A DNA stretch of 26,922 bases from a virus (Duplodnaviria; Caudoviricetes): positions 1-26,922 of the IMG/VR virus record IMGVR_UViG_3300037313_001071; one strand, written 5' to 3'. Below the pieces are notes generated by a model. It saw nothing but the letters and a program-made list of their open reading frames with translations. It did no database searches and had not been told where the DNA came from. The position numbers were made by a program, and so were the translations under genes. Shown here piece by piece: positions 16,324 through 25,457 of the stretch (positions within the stretch are counted from its first letter, which is position 1; each line of letters starts with the position of its first letter).

Positions 16324-17064
16324 ATGACCGACCAAACCGAGGACGATAACGTCCGCAGCTATGCGGAAAAGAGCAAGGCCAAGCGCGGGCTCAAGGTGTT
16401 CACGAAGCTCGAGGGTGCTGCGCTGGACGACGCTGCGCATGCGCTGGTGTACCAGTGTGGCGAGCGGTGGTGCTTTGAGGAGGACCAGGCGCTGAAGTAC
16501 GTGCGTGACCTGGAAGCGGGCGCCGCGAGCCAGGAGGATCCCCAGCCGGGCGAGTGCGACCTGCCCATGGAGGAAACTGTGCAGCAACAAGAAGAAGCGC
16601 CTAGCAACGGCGACCAACCTGTGCCTGGTGCTGGGTTTACGACGAGCGACGATGCACAAGGCCCCCAGGACGCAGACCACATTGCGGGCGCTGGCGTGTT
16701 CGGTGCTATGAACCACACGCTGCAGAACGTTCCGCAGGCGCCCACCGCTTCGGCTCCCCAGCAACGCAACAGTGCGCGGGGCGCGTACAAGATCGAAAAG
16801 AACCGCCCGGAACAAAACGGCATCAAGCGCCCCAGCGTGGGTGGGCTGTGCAGGCAGGTGTGGGACGCGATGGACGCGCTGCGTGAAGCACAAGAGGGTG
16901 TGGTGCCCACCTCACAACAGGCTCGTGCACTTGCTGCAGAACGTGGGTGGAACTTGAACAACGCAATGATCGAGTTCTACCAATGGCGCAAGTACAACGG
17001 TATCACGGGTCGTGCACCCAAGGCCGCGACCCAGCAACAACCACAGCAGGAGCAGCAGGCATGA
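16324..17064 (+). CDS. Phage protein with acidic low-complexity linker and basic helical C-terminal domain (possible DNA binding)
   Basis: 246 aa; C-terminal NGIKRPSVGGLCRQVWD...GWNLNNAMIEFYQWRKYNG; own promoter and GGAG RBS. Confidence 0.8.
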   Translation: MTDQTEDDNVRSYAEKSKAKRGLKVFTKLEGAALDDAAHALVYQCGERWCFEEDQALKYVRDLEAGAASQEDPQPGECDLPMEETVQQQEEAPSNGDQPVPGAGFTTSDDAQGPQDADHIAGAGVFGAMNHTLQNVPQAPTASAPQQRNSARGAYKIEKNRPEQNGIKRPSVGGLCRQVWDAMDALREAQEGVVPTSQQARALAAERGWNLNNAMIEFYQWRKYNGITGRAPKAATQQQPQQEQQA

Positions 17065-17216
17065 AGCGAGGGTGTTGCGGAACGGATGCGCTTAAAGAAC
17101 GCATCCAGACGCTCTATAACTGGCTGCTCGTTCAGCATCCAACGTGGTCGCACCGCAGGGTGCATGACCGCGCTGTTATCGAAGCCTACAAGGGGACTCC
17201 CCTTGGGCTGCTGTAG
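17061..17216 (+). CDS. Small hypothetical protein (51 aa)
   Basis: ATGA overlap; AGGAG RBS. Confidence 0.55.
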   Translation: MKRGCCGTDALKERIQTLYNWLLVQHPTWSHRRVHDRAVIEAYKGTPLGLL

Positions 17217-17330
17217 GACGCGACTCAGTAACATCCACATCCGGTCTCCAGTGGGCAGTGCTTGCATAATGCGAGCACTGTAACAGTGCAGACCTTAACA
17301 ACCAACCCTGCACAGAAGGAGAATGCTATC

Positions 17331-17825
17331 ATGTCTTCTCAACACGTTGTCCACACGACTGCGCAAGCGCAACGAGAGTGGAGCCAGAGCTTGGCGGTGC
17401 TGTACAAGGATGCGCGCTGCCCAATGGAGCTTTACTATCGCTTCGACATCCTGAAGCTGAAAACCCTTATCCAGTTCAGCGACCGCAACGACCGCGCACA
17501 GGCCTTGCATAGGCGCTACCAGGCGCGAAAGGACCTGCATGTGTTGCTGCGCGAATGTGCGCAGGATGGGAAGGTCCTGGTTATCGAATCCGGCATGGAC
17601 TGCGACTGTGTGCAGTACGATGGGCGCCAGCACCTTATCAATGCCACAATCGAGGCGTATGACAAGCTGTACAATGACGTCGCGGAGTGGGCCGATGGTC
17701 CCTTCTCGTTCAGCATTACCAGCCCGAGCGAGGCGCGTTACCACACGTACCGCAGTGTTGACCTTGTTATGGAGGCATACGAAAATGGACACCGCCATTC
17801 CATTCGCCCGCACGCTGTCATCTGA
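17331..17825 (+). CDS. Hypothetical protein (164 aa)
   Basis: AAGGAG RBS after a twin-hairpin module; ESGMDCDC...WADGP motif. Confidence 0.75.
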   Translation: MSSQHVVHTTAQAQREWSQSLAVLYKDARCPMELYYRFDILKLKTLIQFSDRNDRAQALHRRYQARKDLHVLLRECAQDGKVLVIESGMDCDCVQYDGRQHLINATIEAYDKLYNDVAEWADGPFSFSITSPSEARYHTYRSVDLVMEAYENGHRHSIRPHAVI

Positions 17826-18075
17826 CACGTTCCAGTGCAGCCTCCTATTTGACAATGACACGTTCGTCGTTGTCGGGCACCAGACGCTTGGCATCCCTGC
17901 CTACGAAATCGTAGACAAGCGCAGCAATGCCGCTGTCTTCCTCCACGGTATCGCTGCCGGTGGCTTCAAGCTCCACGTTGACCATTGGAACATGGTTACA
18001 CCTACGGAGGAAGAAGTCGAAACCGTCATTGACGGATACGTCCAACTGTGTACAATACCCCTCATGATTCAATAG
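17785..18075 (+). CDS. DUF3567-like (betaproteobacterial BTH_I0359 family) protein
   Basis: LFDNDTFVVV...YEIVDKRS..VFLHG..A..F...W...TPTEEEVE..IDGY..L...PL matches the DUF3567 pattern as I recall it; GGAGG RBS. Confidence 0.75.
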   Translation: MDTAIPFARTLSSDTFQCSLLFDNDTFVVVGHQTLGIPAYEIVDKRSNAAVFLHGIAAGGFKLHVDHWNMVTPTEEEVETVIDGYVQLCTIPLMIQ

Positions 18076-18086
18076 AGGTACAACAA

Positions 18087-18497
18087 ATGCACATCCTTCC
18101 CATCTCCCTCTCCATTACGCCCACGCTGGAACTGCTGGGCGACATTGCGACTACGGCTGCAGAGGGCGGCATTGGCTACTGGGCAGTGGCTGACGAATAC
18201 GTTTGGGCACGCGACGAAGACAAGGGGAAGCCCGTAATGGAGTGGAGGCCCAAGCCCTTCCCGACGCTGGTTATTAGCCCGCGCGATGAACCGGACGACT
18301 TTCCGGCTCGCACGGTTGTCACCCCGGAAGTTATCCACCGCGGCATTCAGCGCCTTCTGATGCTGCCCAACATCAACCCGCAAACAAAGGAATACGTGAC
18401 TCGGGCGCTCGTTGAAAATGACGCGTGCAACATTGACGCCAACATTTCGGACCTTATTGTTCAGCTCGGGTTGTTTGACACCGAGGTCTTCTGCTAG
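18087..18497 (+). CDS. Conserved phage hypothetical protein (136 aa)
   Basis: TAAEGGIGYWA...IDANISDLIVQLGLFDTEVF pattern seen in phage early proteins; GAGG RBS. Confidence 0.78.
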   Translation: MHILPISLSITPTLELLGDIATTAAEGGIGYWAVADEYVWARDEDKGKPVMEWRPKPFPTLVISPRDEPDDFPARTVVTPEVIHRGIQRLLMLPNINPQTKEYVTRALVENDACNIDANISDLIVQLGLFDTEVFC

Positions 18498-18508
18498 GAG
18501 GTGTGGTT

Positions 18509-18850
18509 ATGACGAAGCGCATCCGTATCTACTCGAAACCTCGTTTCATCGCGAGCCCCGATGGTTGGAAGTACGGGTGCCTAACCATCCCCCTCGTGGG
18601 CGGTGCGACTGAACAGGAGGCGCTGGATTCCTACCACCAGCACTTCGACGACACTGTTATCGTGGCGCACGAAACGGTGGACGATGACGAGGCAGGCTTT
18701 GTGATGTGGCCCAGCCAAGTTATGATTGACCAGGCAGTTGAACGGCTGCTGTGGCCAAAGGGGCGCCCCGGCTGTCCCCTGGAAGTCTACCAGGACCGTC
18801 CTGTTGATTGGACGCGAGCCTGGGAGGCAGTTAAGAATAGTTGCAAATAA
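18509..18850 (+). CDS. Hypothetical protein (113 aa)
   Basis: AGGAGG RBS. Confidence 0.7.
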   Translation: MTKRIRIYSKPRFIASPDGWKYGCLTIPLVGGATEQEALDSYHQHFDDTVIVAHETVDDDEAGFVMWPSQVMIDQAVERLLWPKGRPGCPLEVYQDRPVDWTRAWEAVKNSCK

Positions 18851-18934
18851 AACAACCCCTTGCAACGTACAGTCGCCTTTGTCTGCTTAACGGGTGTAAA
18901 CTGTACGCACCAACTAACCAGACCGGAGTCTCAA

Positions 18935-19195
18935 GTGGCCAAACTTGGCAAGCATGCGCGTCCGTACCAGACGCGCTACTACATCGAATCCGAAGGGTAC
19001 AGCAGCAAGCCCGTGCATAAATACGGCTACGCTGCGAGCTTTGACAATGCGAAGCGGAACAGCGCCATGCGCCTCATCGTGGAGCAATACGGAGCCGCCG
19101 TTATCTGCAACCGCAACAGCGGTCACGACTTGCTGGTGCTGAAGCGGACGGAGCACAGCATTAGGCTCATTGGGGAAACCCATGAAGCGAAATAG
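18935..19195 (+). CDS. Hypothetical basic protein (86 aa, GTG start)
   Basis: CCGGAG-6nt-GTG. Confidence 0.65.
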   Translation: MAKLGKHARPYQTRYYIESEGYSSKPVHKYGYAASFDNAKRNSAMRLIVEQYGAAVICNRNSGHDLLVLKRTEHSIRLIGETHEAK

Positions 19196-19364
19196 CTGTA
19201 ACCACACCTTGGCAACGCTGGTGCGGCAGCGCGAGAAGCTCGAAGAGCGAATCGCTGAGCTGCGTGCCCAGCTGTTGCAAGAAGCGATTGCGCAGTGTCG
19301 CACCCTTATTGCAGAGCACGGGCTTACGGAGGCTGACTTGTTTAAGAAACGGAAGCACAAATGA
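19182..19364 (+). CDS. Truncated H-NS-like protein (oligomerisation domain only)
   Basis: LATLVRQREKLEERIAELRAQLLQEAIAQCRTLIAEHGLTEADLF matches the N-terminal half of betaproteobacterial H-NS; stops before the DNA-binding domain. Confidence 0.75.
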   Translation: MKRNSCNHTLATLVRQREKLEERIAELRAQLLQEAIAQCRTLIAEHGLTEADLFKKRKHK

Positions 19365-19927
19365 TCTTCAACGATCAGATGTTCGAGTCGTATGAGGCTC
19401 AGCAGGAGTTCTACGAGCTCACCAAGAACCTGCCTGCGGCTCGTGTGGAACAGTTGCGAAGTGTGCTGGGTAAGCCCAGCCAGTTCGTAGGCTGCCCAAA
19501 AACGTACCACCGGGCGGTGGAGCACTGGCGCCTGTGGCAGGAGTTCATGGACAACGACCAGGCAGAGTTTGACAGGCAGATGGCGGAGATACGGCAGGAG
19601 GACCAGGCGGTGCAGAAGCGCAGGGGCCGACCGCCGAACCCGCTAAAGGACGTGGAGGTGCATGTGCCACGCGACCCCAGCGAACCCCGTGGAAGGGGGC
19701 GCCCTCGCATTGCACCTGGAACGGACAGAAAGGCTCTCAAGGAAGCTCACGACCTGTGGAATAAAAGAAGGGTCGAGCTCAACGACTTTGCGCGCGAGTG
19801 CAACGCATGGCTTATGAGCCAGATTAACGCTATGAAAGCACAGATACAGGAGCAGGTAGACGCGCGCCAAGTTCTCGTTAACGAGGCGCGAGCGGAATAC
19901 GAAAAACTGCGGGACGGCAGCGGTTAA
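19361..19927 (+). CDS. AT-hook-containing coiled-coil protein
   Basis: KRRGRPP and PRGRGRPR motifs flanked by helical segments; ATGA-coupled to the H-NS fragment. Confidence 0.75.
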   Translation: MIFNDQMFESYEAQQEFYELTKNLPAARVEQLRSVLGKPSQFVGCPKTYHRAVEHWRLWQEFMDNDQAEFDRQMAEIRQEDQAVQKRRGRPPNPLKDVEVHVPRDPSEPRGRGRPRIAPGTDRKALKEAHDLWNKRRVELNDFARECNAWLMSQINAMKAQIQEQVDARQVLVNEARAEYEKLRDGSG

Positions 19928-19933
19928 CAATCG

Positions 19934-19963
19934 TTGTTGTAACGCAGCGGCAACGCATATACT
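19934..19963 (+). promoter_or_regulatory. Possible sigma70 promoter for the replication module
   Basis: TTGTTG-18nt-TATACT. Confidence 0.4.
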
Positions 19964-19988
19964 GCGCAGCTTGCGCTTAGGACAAACG

Positions 19989-20258
19989 ATGACTAATACC
20001 GAGACGCCCGCCGCCGCACCGCCTAAAACGGCGCAAGAGCGGTTTGACGAAAAATACATTACGGCGACCCAGATTGCGGAGGAGGTTGGTGTGAGCAGAC
20101 CGGCTGTGTTGCGAGCTAAGCAGCGCGGGTTCCTACCTGAACCCATTTCCGTTGGCGACACTGTTGTTACAGTGTGGGAGCGCGAAATCATCCGCAAGCA
20201 CCTTGAAGCGTGGAAGCTCACCGTGGGCTGCCGCAAGCAAGGGGGCGTCAACGAATGA
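19989..20258 (+). CDS. AlpA/excisionase-like HTH DNA-binding protein
   Basis: YITATQIAEEVGVSRPAVLRAKQRGFLPEPI...VWER. Confidence 0.8.
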   Translation: MTNTETPAAAPPKTAQERFDEKYITATQIAEEVGVSRPAVLRAKQRGFLPEPISVGDTVVTVWEREIIRKHLEAWKLTVGCRKQGGVNE

Positions 20259-22609
20259 CACCGGAGCAGGCTGCGAGAATCCGCAACCTGCCCGAGGAGA
20301 TGCGAGCTGTCCGGCAATGGTGCATTGCGGGTCCAGACCGTGCTCCCTACGCAGTCAGCGGCGAACAAGTCACACACGCGAGCCTCCACAAGCCTGAGCA
20401 GTGGATGGACTTCGAATCCGCCGTACAGTGGGCCTCCAGAATGGAGGGCGCTGAAATAGGCTTCATGATTACACAACAAGACCCGTGGGCGTGCGTTGAC
20501 CTGGATGTGGTCAACGAGGAAACGCAACGGCGCAAGGGGAAACCAATTGATCCGCTCAAGTGGACTAGTGATTCTGAACTCAGCCGTTATAACCGCATCA
20601 TCAACGAACTCGACTCGTATACTGAAGTATCTAGCGGTGGCTACGGCGTCCATATCTGGGTTCGCGCTTTCATCGGCGCAGGAGCGCGACGTCAGGGCGT
20701 GGAGGTTTATTCCCAGGAACGGTTCATTGTCTGCACAGGTAACGCCGTACGGCCCAAGGGAATCGAAGACAGGCAGGAGGTTATTGACCTCCTCGTTGAC
20801 GAGATCCGCAGCCAGGGCAGCGACATCCGGACAGAGCTGGAAGAGGTTGAACCCGAAGACACAGACATGGAGGTGTTCGAGAAGGCCTCTACAGCAGCCA
20901 ACGCGGACAAGTTTTTGGCGCTATGTGAAGGGAAGTGGAAGGAGCTGGGGTTCACGAGCCAGAGTGAGGCGGACCTAGCGCTGATGTCCATGTTCGCGTT
21001 CTATTCCAAGTCCAACGAGCAGTGCAGGCAGTTGTTTAGGTGCACTGCGTTGGGGCAGCGCGAAAAGGCGGTAAAGAACGATAGATATCTGAACTATACC
21101 CTGGAGGTTATTAGGGGTAGGCAGAAGCGAGAGGCTATTGTTACGCAGAGCCAAGTGGCAATGGCGGCGGAGCTGGTTAAGGAGCTGACGGGTGGTGTGA
21201 CCACACAGCAGCAAGCAGACCAGATGGCGGCGCAGTTGGCGGGACAGCAGCGGATTTACCCTGAAGAAGAGGGGACGCTGCCCTGGCCTCCTGGTAACGC
21301 GGGCTCCATTGCCCAGTTCATTTACTCGAGCTCCCCGAGACCCGTGAAGGAGGTCTCCATTGTAGCCGCACTCGGTTTCCTCGCCGGCGTCTGCGGTAAA
21401 GCCTACAGCATCCCGCAGTCCGGGCTTAACGTCTACATCATTCTTGTTGCACGCAGTGGCGTGGGCAAGGAGGCGATGCACAGCGGGTTGGCGCTGTTGC
21501 TGCAGAGCTTGCAGCTTAGCGTCCCTTCGGCGTGCCGGTTCGTAGACTTCACGGACTATGCCAGCGGCCCCGCACTGCGCAAAGCCTGCGCCGTCAACAA
21601 CAGCTTTGTGAACGTGAGCGGTGAGTGGGGGCGCAAGCTCAAGCGGCTGTCGAACGACGATAGGGCTGACGGCCCCATGGCTACGCTGCGCACTGCTATG
21701 ACGGACCTGTACCAGAAGAGCGGACCTGCGAGTCTGGTGGGTGGCATGGGGTATAGCGACAAAGAGAAGGACGTTAAGACGGTGCAGGGTGTGGCGTACT
21801 CGATGATAGGCGAGACCACACCGGGGACGTTCTACGACTCGTTGACGCAGACGATGATGGAAGACGGGTTCTTGAGTCGTTTTACGGTGGTGGACTATAA
21901 CGGGGAGCGACCGGCGCTGAACACGAACCCGGACAAGCAAGTCCCGGGCCTGGTGGCGCAGGCCACGCAAGGTTTGTGCCAGCACGCCATACAGCTCATT
22001 GGCCGGCACGCTACGCAGCAAGTGCTGTACAGCCCAGAGGCTGCGGCAATACTTAACGCGTTTGACGTTGAGTGTGACGCGGAAATTAACAGCACCACGG
22101 ACGAGACGAAGAGGCAGATGTGGAACCGTGCCCACCTCAAGGTCTGCCGCTTTGCAAGCCTGCTGGCATGTGCGGACAACCACGTTAACCCTGTGGTCAC
22201 CAAAGCCCACGCCGAATGGGCGCTGGGACTTATCCGCCGGGACATCTACATCATGGATGTTAAGATCCGAAGCGGGGACGTTGGCAATGACGACGTTAGC
22301 AGGGAACGGAAAATGGCGGCGGTGCTCAAGGAATACATCCAAGAAGGCGCTAAGTCCGAATCCTACGGGTGCCCGGAGTCGCTGAAAAAGGCCCACATTG
22401 TGCCCCGTAGGTACCTACAGATTCGCTTGGGCAGAATCAGTTGCTTTCTCACCGCCAAAAACGGCAGCACCTTTAGCATTGACCAGACAATTAACGCGAT
22501 GCAGAAGAACGGATACTTGTCCGAGGTCGACAAAGTACATCTAGCAGAGAAACATGACTATCACGGTGTTGCATACCGTATAGTTTCCCTTCCCCCTATT
22601 CGGGGGTAA
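20255..22609 (+). CDS. Primase-polymerase (AEP superfamily) fused to a DUF3987-like P-loop domain
   Basis: CVDLD, YTEVSSGGYGVHIW, VEVYSQERF, SQSEADLAL helical bundle; Walker A ARSGVGKE; SMIGETTP, DGFLSRF. Confidence 0.88.
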   Translation: MTPEQAARIRNLPEEMRAVRQWCIAGPDRAPYAVSGEQVTHASLHKPEQWMDFESAVQWASRMEGAEIGFMITQQDPWACVDLDVVNEETQRRKGKPIDPLKWTSDSELSRYNRIINELDSYTEVSSGGYGVHIWVRAFIGAGARRQGVEVYSQERFIVCTGNAVRPKGIEDRQEVIDLLVDEIRSQGSDIRTELEEVEPEDTDMEVFEKASTAANADKFLALCEGKWKELGFTSQSEADLALMSMFAFYSKSNEQCRQLFRCTALGQREKAVKNDRYLNYTLEVIRGRQKREAIVTQSQVAMAAELVKELTGGVTTQQQADQMAAQLAGQQRIYPEEEGTLPWPPGNAGSIAQFIYSSSPRPVKEVSIVAALGFLAGVCGKAYSIPQSGLNVYIILVARSGVGKEAMHSGLALLLQSLQLSVPSACRFVDFTDYASGPALRKACAVNNSFVNVSGEWGRKLKRLSNDDRADGPMATLRTAMTDLYQKSGPASLVGGMGYSDKEKDVKTVQGVAYSMIGETTPGTFYDSLTQTMMEDGFLSRFTVVDYNGERPALNTNPDKQVPGLVAQATQGLCQHAIQLIGRHATQQVLYSPEAAAILNAFDVECDAEINSTTDETKRQMWNRAHLKVCRFASLLACADNHVNPVVTKAHAEWALGLIRRDIYIMDVKIRSGDVGNDDVSRERKMAAVLKEYIQEGAKSESYGCPESLKKAHIVPRRYLQIRLGRISCFLTAKNGSTFSIDQTINAMQKNGYLSEVDKVHLAEKHDYHGVAYRIVSLPPIRG

Positions 22610-22643
22610 TTTCCCCTCCCCAACCAACCTACAAAGGAATATC

Positions 22644-23243
22644 ATGGACCAATCCATTATCGCGCGCCCCACGTTTGAACAAATGGTCAAGGACCTGTTC
22701 AAGGTCATGGAAGGCCCCGGTGCCGCTATGCTGCACGCCGCCATCGGTATCGCAGGCGAGACGGGCGAGCTGCGGCAGGCGACCACACGCAAGAACCAGC
22801 TGGAGGAGCTGAGCGACATCGAATTCTACCTTGAAGCCGCTTGGCAGCAAGTGGACATGACGCGCGAGACAGCGAAGTCGGAATACGGCATGTACATCAT
22901 TGGCGTCGGCGTTGACGCTGGTAGCGCGCTGGACTATATCCACATCGAAGCGTGCGAGATCCTGGACCATGCCAAGAAGGTGTGGGTGTACGGAAGCGGC
23001 AACCGTGACGAGCACATCATCCCGCACCTCGTGGCGCTGGAATCGCACTTGGCGGACTACTACGAGCTGATCGGGACGTCCCGCGAGCAAATCCTGCAGA
23101 TCAATCAGGACAAGTTGCTGGGCAACGAAAAGATCGCGGGCCGGTACGCGACGGGGAAGTACAGCGACGAGCAGGCGCTGGCGCGCGCGGACAAGGTTGA
23201 GGAAGAAGGAACGAAACGTAGTTTCCTGGGTCAAAGGCAATAA
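22644..23243 (+). CDS. MazG-like nucleotide pyrophosphohydrolase
   Basis: LHAAIGIAGETGEL...EELSDIEFY motif; second degenerate repeat EACEILDHAKK; N..KL..RY tail. Confidence 0.8.
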   Translation: MDQSIIARPTFEQMVKDLFKVMEGPGAAMLHAAIGIAGETGELRQATTRKNQLEELSDIEFYLEAAWQQVDMTRETAKSEYGMYIIGVGVDAGSALDYIHIEACEILDHAKKVWVYGSGNRDEHIIPHLVALESHLADYYELIGTSREQILQINQDKLLGNEKIAGRYATGKYSDEQALARADKVEEEGTKRSFLGQRQ

Positions 23244-23312
23244 TCTACTTGGCCGAGTGGACGCGGGTTATAATTAGCTCACGTCCACAACCTTTAACCC
23301 GGAGTACAACAA

Positions 23313-23879
23313 ATGACTCTTATCCCTCCCCCGCCCACGGTCTCCACCGCGGATATCCACCGCTGGTGTGAGCTCAAGAAGCAACTTGACGTGCTCAAGT
23401 TCCAGGAATCTGAGCTGCGCAAGAAGCTGTTCGGCGCCCTGATTGTGAACCCGAAGGAGGGCGCGAACGAGTACGCGCTTCCAGACGGTTACGTGTTCAA
23501 GGCCACGCACGTTATTACCCGCACTGTTGACCAAGTGCAGATGTCTGTGCTGCAGACGACGAAGGTGCGTGACGGTTTGCACATCCTACGCGCCGCTGGC
23601 TACCCGGACGACCAGATTGCCAAGATGGACCCGGACGCCATGCTGTTCACGGTGCTGGGGCTGAGCGTGGACAAGCTGATCAAGTTCAAACCCGAGCTCA
23701 GCGTTGCGGAATACCGTAAGCTGACGGCGGAACAAACTGCTGTGGTCAATATGTTCATTGACTCCAAGCCGGGCTCCCCGCAGTGCAAGCTGGAACCCGG
23801 CAAGGAACTCAAAGCGCGTCTGGAAGCTGCGGCAGCCCCGCAAGCTCCCAGCCTTGTCCCGCCTCCGCCAGTTAAATGA
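23313..23879 (+). CDS. Conserved phage replication-module protein
   Basis: ESELRKKLF...PKEG.N...L..GY..K...KFKPEL...EYRKL...KPGSPQ pattern; CCGGAG RBS; TATAAT at 23269. Confidence 0.78.
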   Translation: MTLIPPPPTVSTADIHRWCELKKQLDVLKFQESELRKKLFGALIVNPKEGANEYALPDGYVFKATHVITRTVDQVQMSVLQTTKVRDGLHILRAAGYPDDQIAKMDPDAMLFTVLGLSVDKLIKFKPELSVAEYRKLTAEQTAVVNMFIDSKPGSPQCKLEPGKELKARLEAAAAPQAPSLVPPPPVK

Positions 23880-24244
23880 CTATGCCGAAACAGGTCCGGG
23901 TGCTCCCGCACCTGTTCGCCATGCTTGTGGCTGGCTTACAGGAGGAGGCACTAGATTACTTCGAAATGGCAGATCTCACTGGTCTGCACAACCGCACAAT
24001 CCGTGATTGGGTCCATGCGCTGCACGATCGCAAGTTGGTTCATATTGCCGAGTGGCACCCGGACTCGCGCGGGTTCCCGCTCAAGCCCGCGTTCCGCTGG
24101 GGCAAAGGTGTGGACGCGGCGCGTGGCGCGCTGACAAGAGCGGAGTTGGCAAGGCGCTACAGGCGCAAGCAGAAGGCGATTAAGATTAACCACATGATGG
24201 CAGGAGTAACAAGAAATGCAACTGACGAAATTCCAGCTGGCTGA
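23876..24244 (+). CDS. Winged-HTH-like DNA-binding protein
   Basis: EMADLTGLHNRTIRDWVHALHDRKLVHIAEW with a basic tail. Confidence 0.7.
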   Translation: MTMPKQVRVLPHLFAMLVAGLQEEALDYFEMADLTGLHNRTIRDWVHALHDRKLVHIAEWHPDSRGFPLKPAFRWGKGVDAARGALTRAELARRYRRKQKAIKINHMMAGVTRNATDEIPAG

Positions 24245-25184
24245 AGATTGGGACCCTGAGCGGGTTGAGTTCCCTGTCATTGCGCAACCGAAGGTAGATG
24301 GGGTGCGCGCGGGGAACTTGTTTGGCAGGCTGAGCGGGCGGAGCCTGAAACCGTTTGGGAACCTGCACGCCGGTCTGTTCTTCTCGCAAGGTGCGTTCCT
24401 GGGCTTTGACGGCGAGATGACGGCCGAAAAGGAAACACATCCCAACCTGTGCCACCTGACGACGAGCGCGCTTAATACGCACGAGGGGACGCCGTGGCTG
24501 CTGTGGATGGTGTTTGACTACCTGCGTCCAGAAACTGTCATGCTGCCGTACCATGAGCGGTATAAGCTGGCGGAACAACGCGTGAACGAGATTAAAGAGC
24601 AGCGCCCAAACCTGGGCGCGCACCTGCAAATGATGCCAAGTATGAACCATGTGGAAGACATGGAAACGCTGGAGTGCCTCATCCAAGACTGGGGCGAAGC
24701 GGGGTACGAGGGTACCATTATCCGCAACCCCTATGGCATCCACAAGAACGGGCGCAGCAGCCCCACGCACCGCGGGCTCTTGCGCATTAAGAACTTCATT
24801 GAGGTCGACTGCCAGATTCACAATGTGCGTGAAGGGCGGACGAACCTGAACGAGGCTAAGATCAACGCCAATGGGCACACTGAGCGCAGTACGCACCAGG
24901 CAAACATGGTACCGAACGGAATGGTGGGTACCATTGTCGCCGAGTTGCTGGAAGACGCCAAGCACCCGTTTACGGGTAAGGTGGTGCACAGGCGCGGGGA
25001 GCTTATTGAGTTCAGCCCTGGTAAAATGGGGCACGACGAGCGCAAGAAGTTTATGCGCGAACCACACCTCATCCAAGGTCGACGCATGAAGGGGCAAATC
25101 TTCCCTCACGGTGTCAAGGACAAGCCCCGTTTCCCCACCTTCCAGTCTTTCCGCTCGCTGGCAGACACCATCGAAAAGGATTAA
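24216..25184 (+). CDS. ATP-dependent DNA ligase
   Basis: Motif I PKVDGVR, III FDGE, IIIa VFDY, IV YEGTIIR, V LLRIK, VI PRFPTF. Confidence 0.93.
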   Translation: MQLTKFQLAEDWDPERVEFPVIAQPKVDGVRAGNLFGRLSGRSLKPFGNLHAGLFFSQGAFLGFDGEMTAEKETHPNLCHLTTSALNTHEGTPWLLWMVFDYLRPETVMLPYHERYKLAEQRVNEIKEQRPNLGAHLQMMPSMNHVEDMETLECLIQDWGEAGYEGTIIRNPYGIHKNGRSSPTHRGLLRIKNFIEVDCQIHNVREGRTNLNEAKINANGHTERSTHQANMVPNGMVGTIVAELLEDAKHPFTGKVVHRRGELIEFSPGKMGHDERKKFMREPHLIQGRRMKGQIFPHGVKDKPRFPTFQSFRSLADTIEKD

Positions 25185-25188
25185 AATC

Positions 25189-25383
25189 ATGGCATTGGAA
25201 CTGAAGTCACCTGAACCAATGAACGTGACAAGGCTCATTATGGAGTTGATGAAGTACCCGCCAGACATGCTGGTGCTCGTACCCCCAGATAACGACGTGT
25301 TCGAGGAGTGTACTGTACCGTTCCTTCGTCAGGAGACTGTCAAAGTTGACGGTGTGGACACTCAAGCTGTCATTATTTACTAG
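25189..25383 (+). CDS. Small hypothetical protein (64 aa)
   Basis: MNVTRLIMELMKYPPDMLVLV pattern; AAGGA RBS; flanked by a 13-bp direct repeat. Confidence 0.65.
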   Translation: MALELKSPEPMNVTRLIMELMKYPPDMLVLVPPDNDVFEECTVPFLRQETVKVDGVDTQAVIIY

Positions 25384-25457
25384 AATATCTAAAGGATTAA
25401 AATATCCAGCATGAATCCACGTTTCCGCTATAGTTACCCGCTCACCCCAGGACAAGC

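Noticed and set aside
19989-20258. Evidence for a temperate lifestyle from the excisionase-like HTH
   Set aside because: No integrase or repressor in the window; such HTH genes commonly precede primases.
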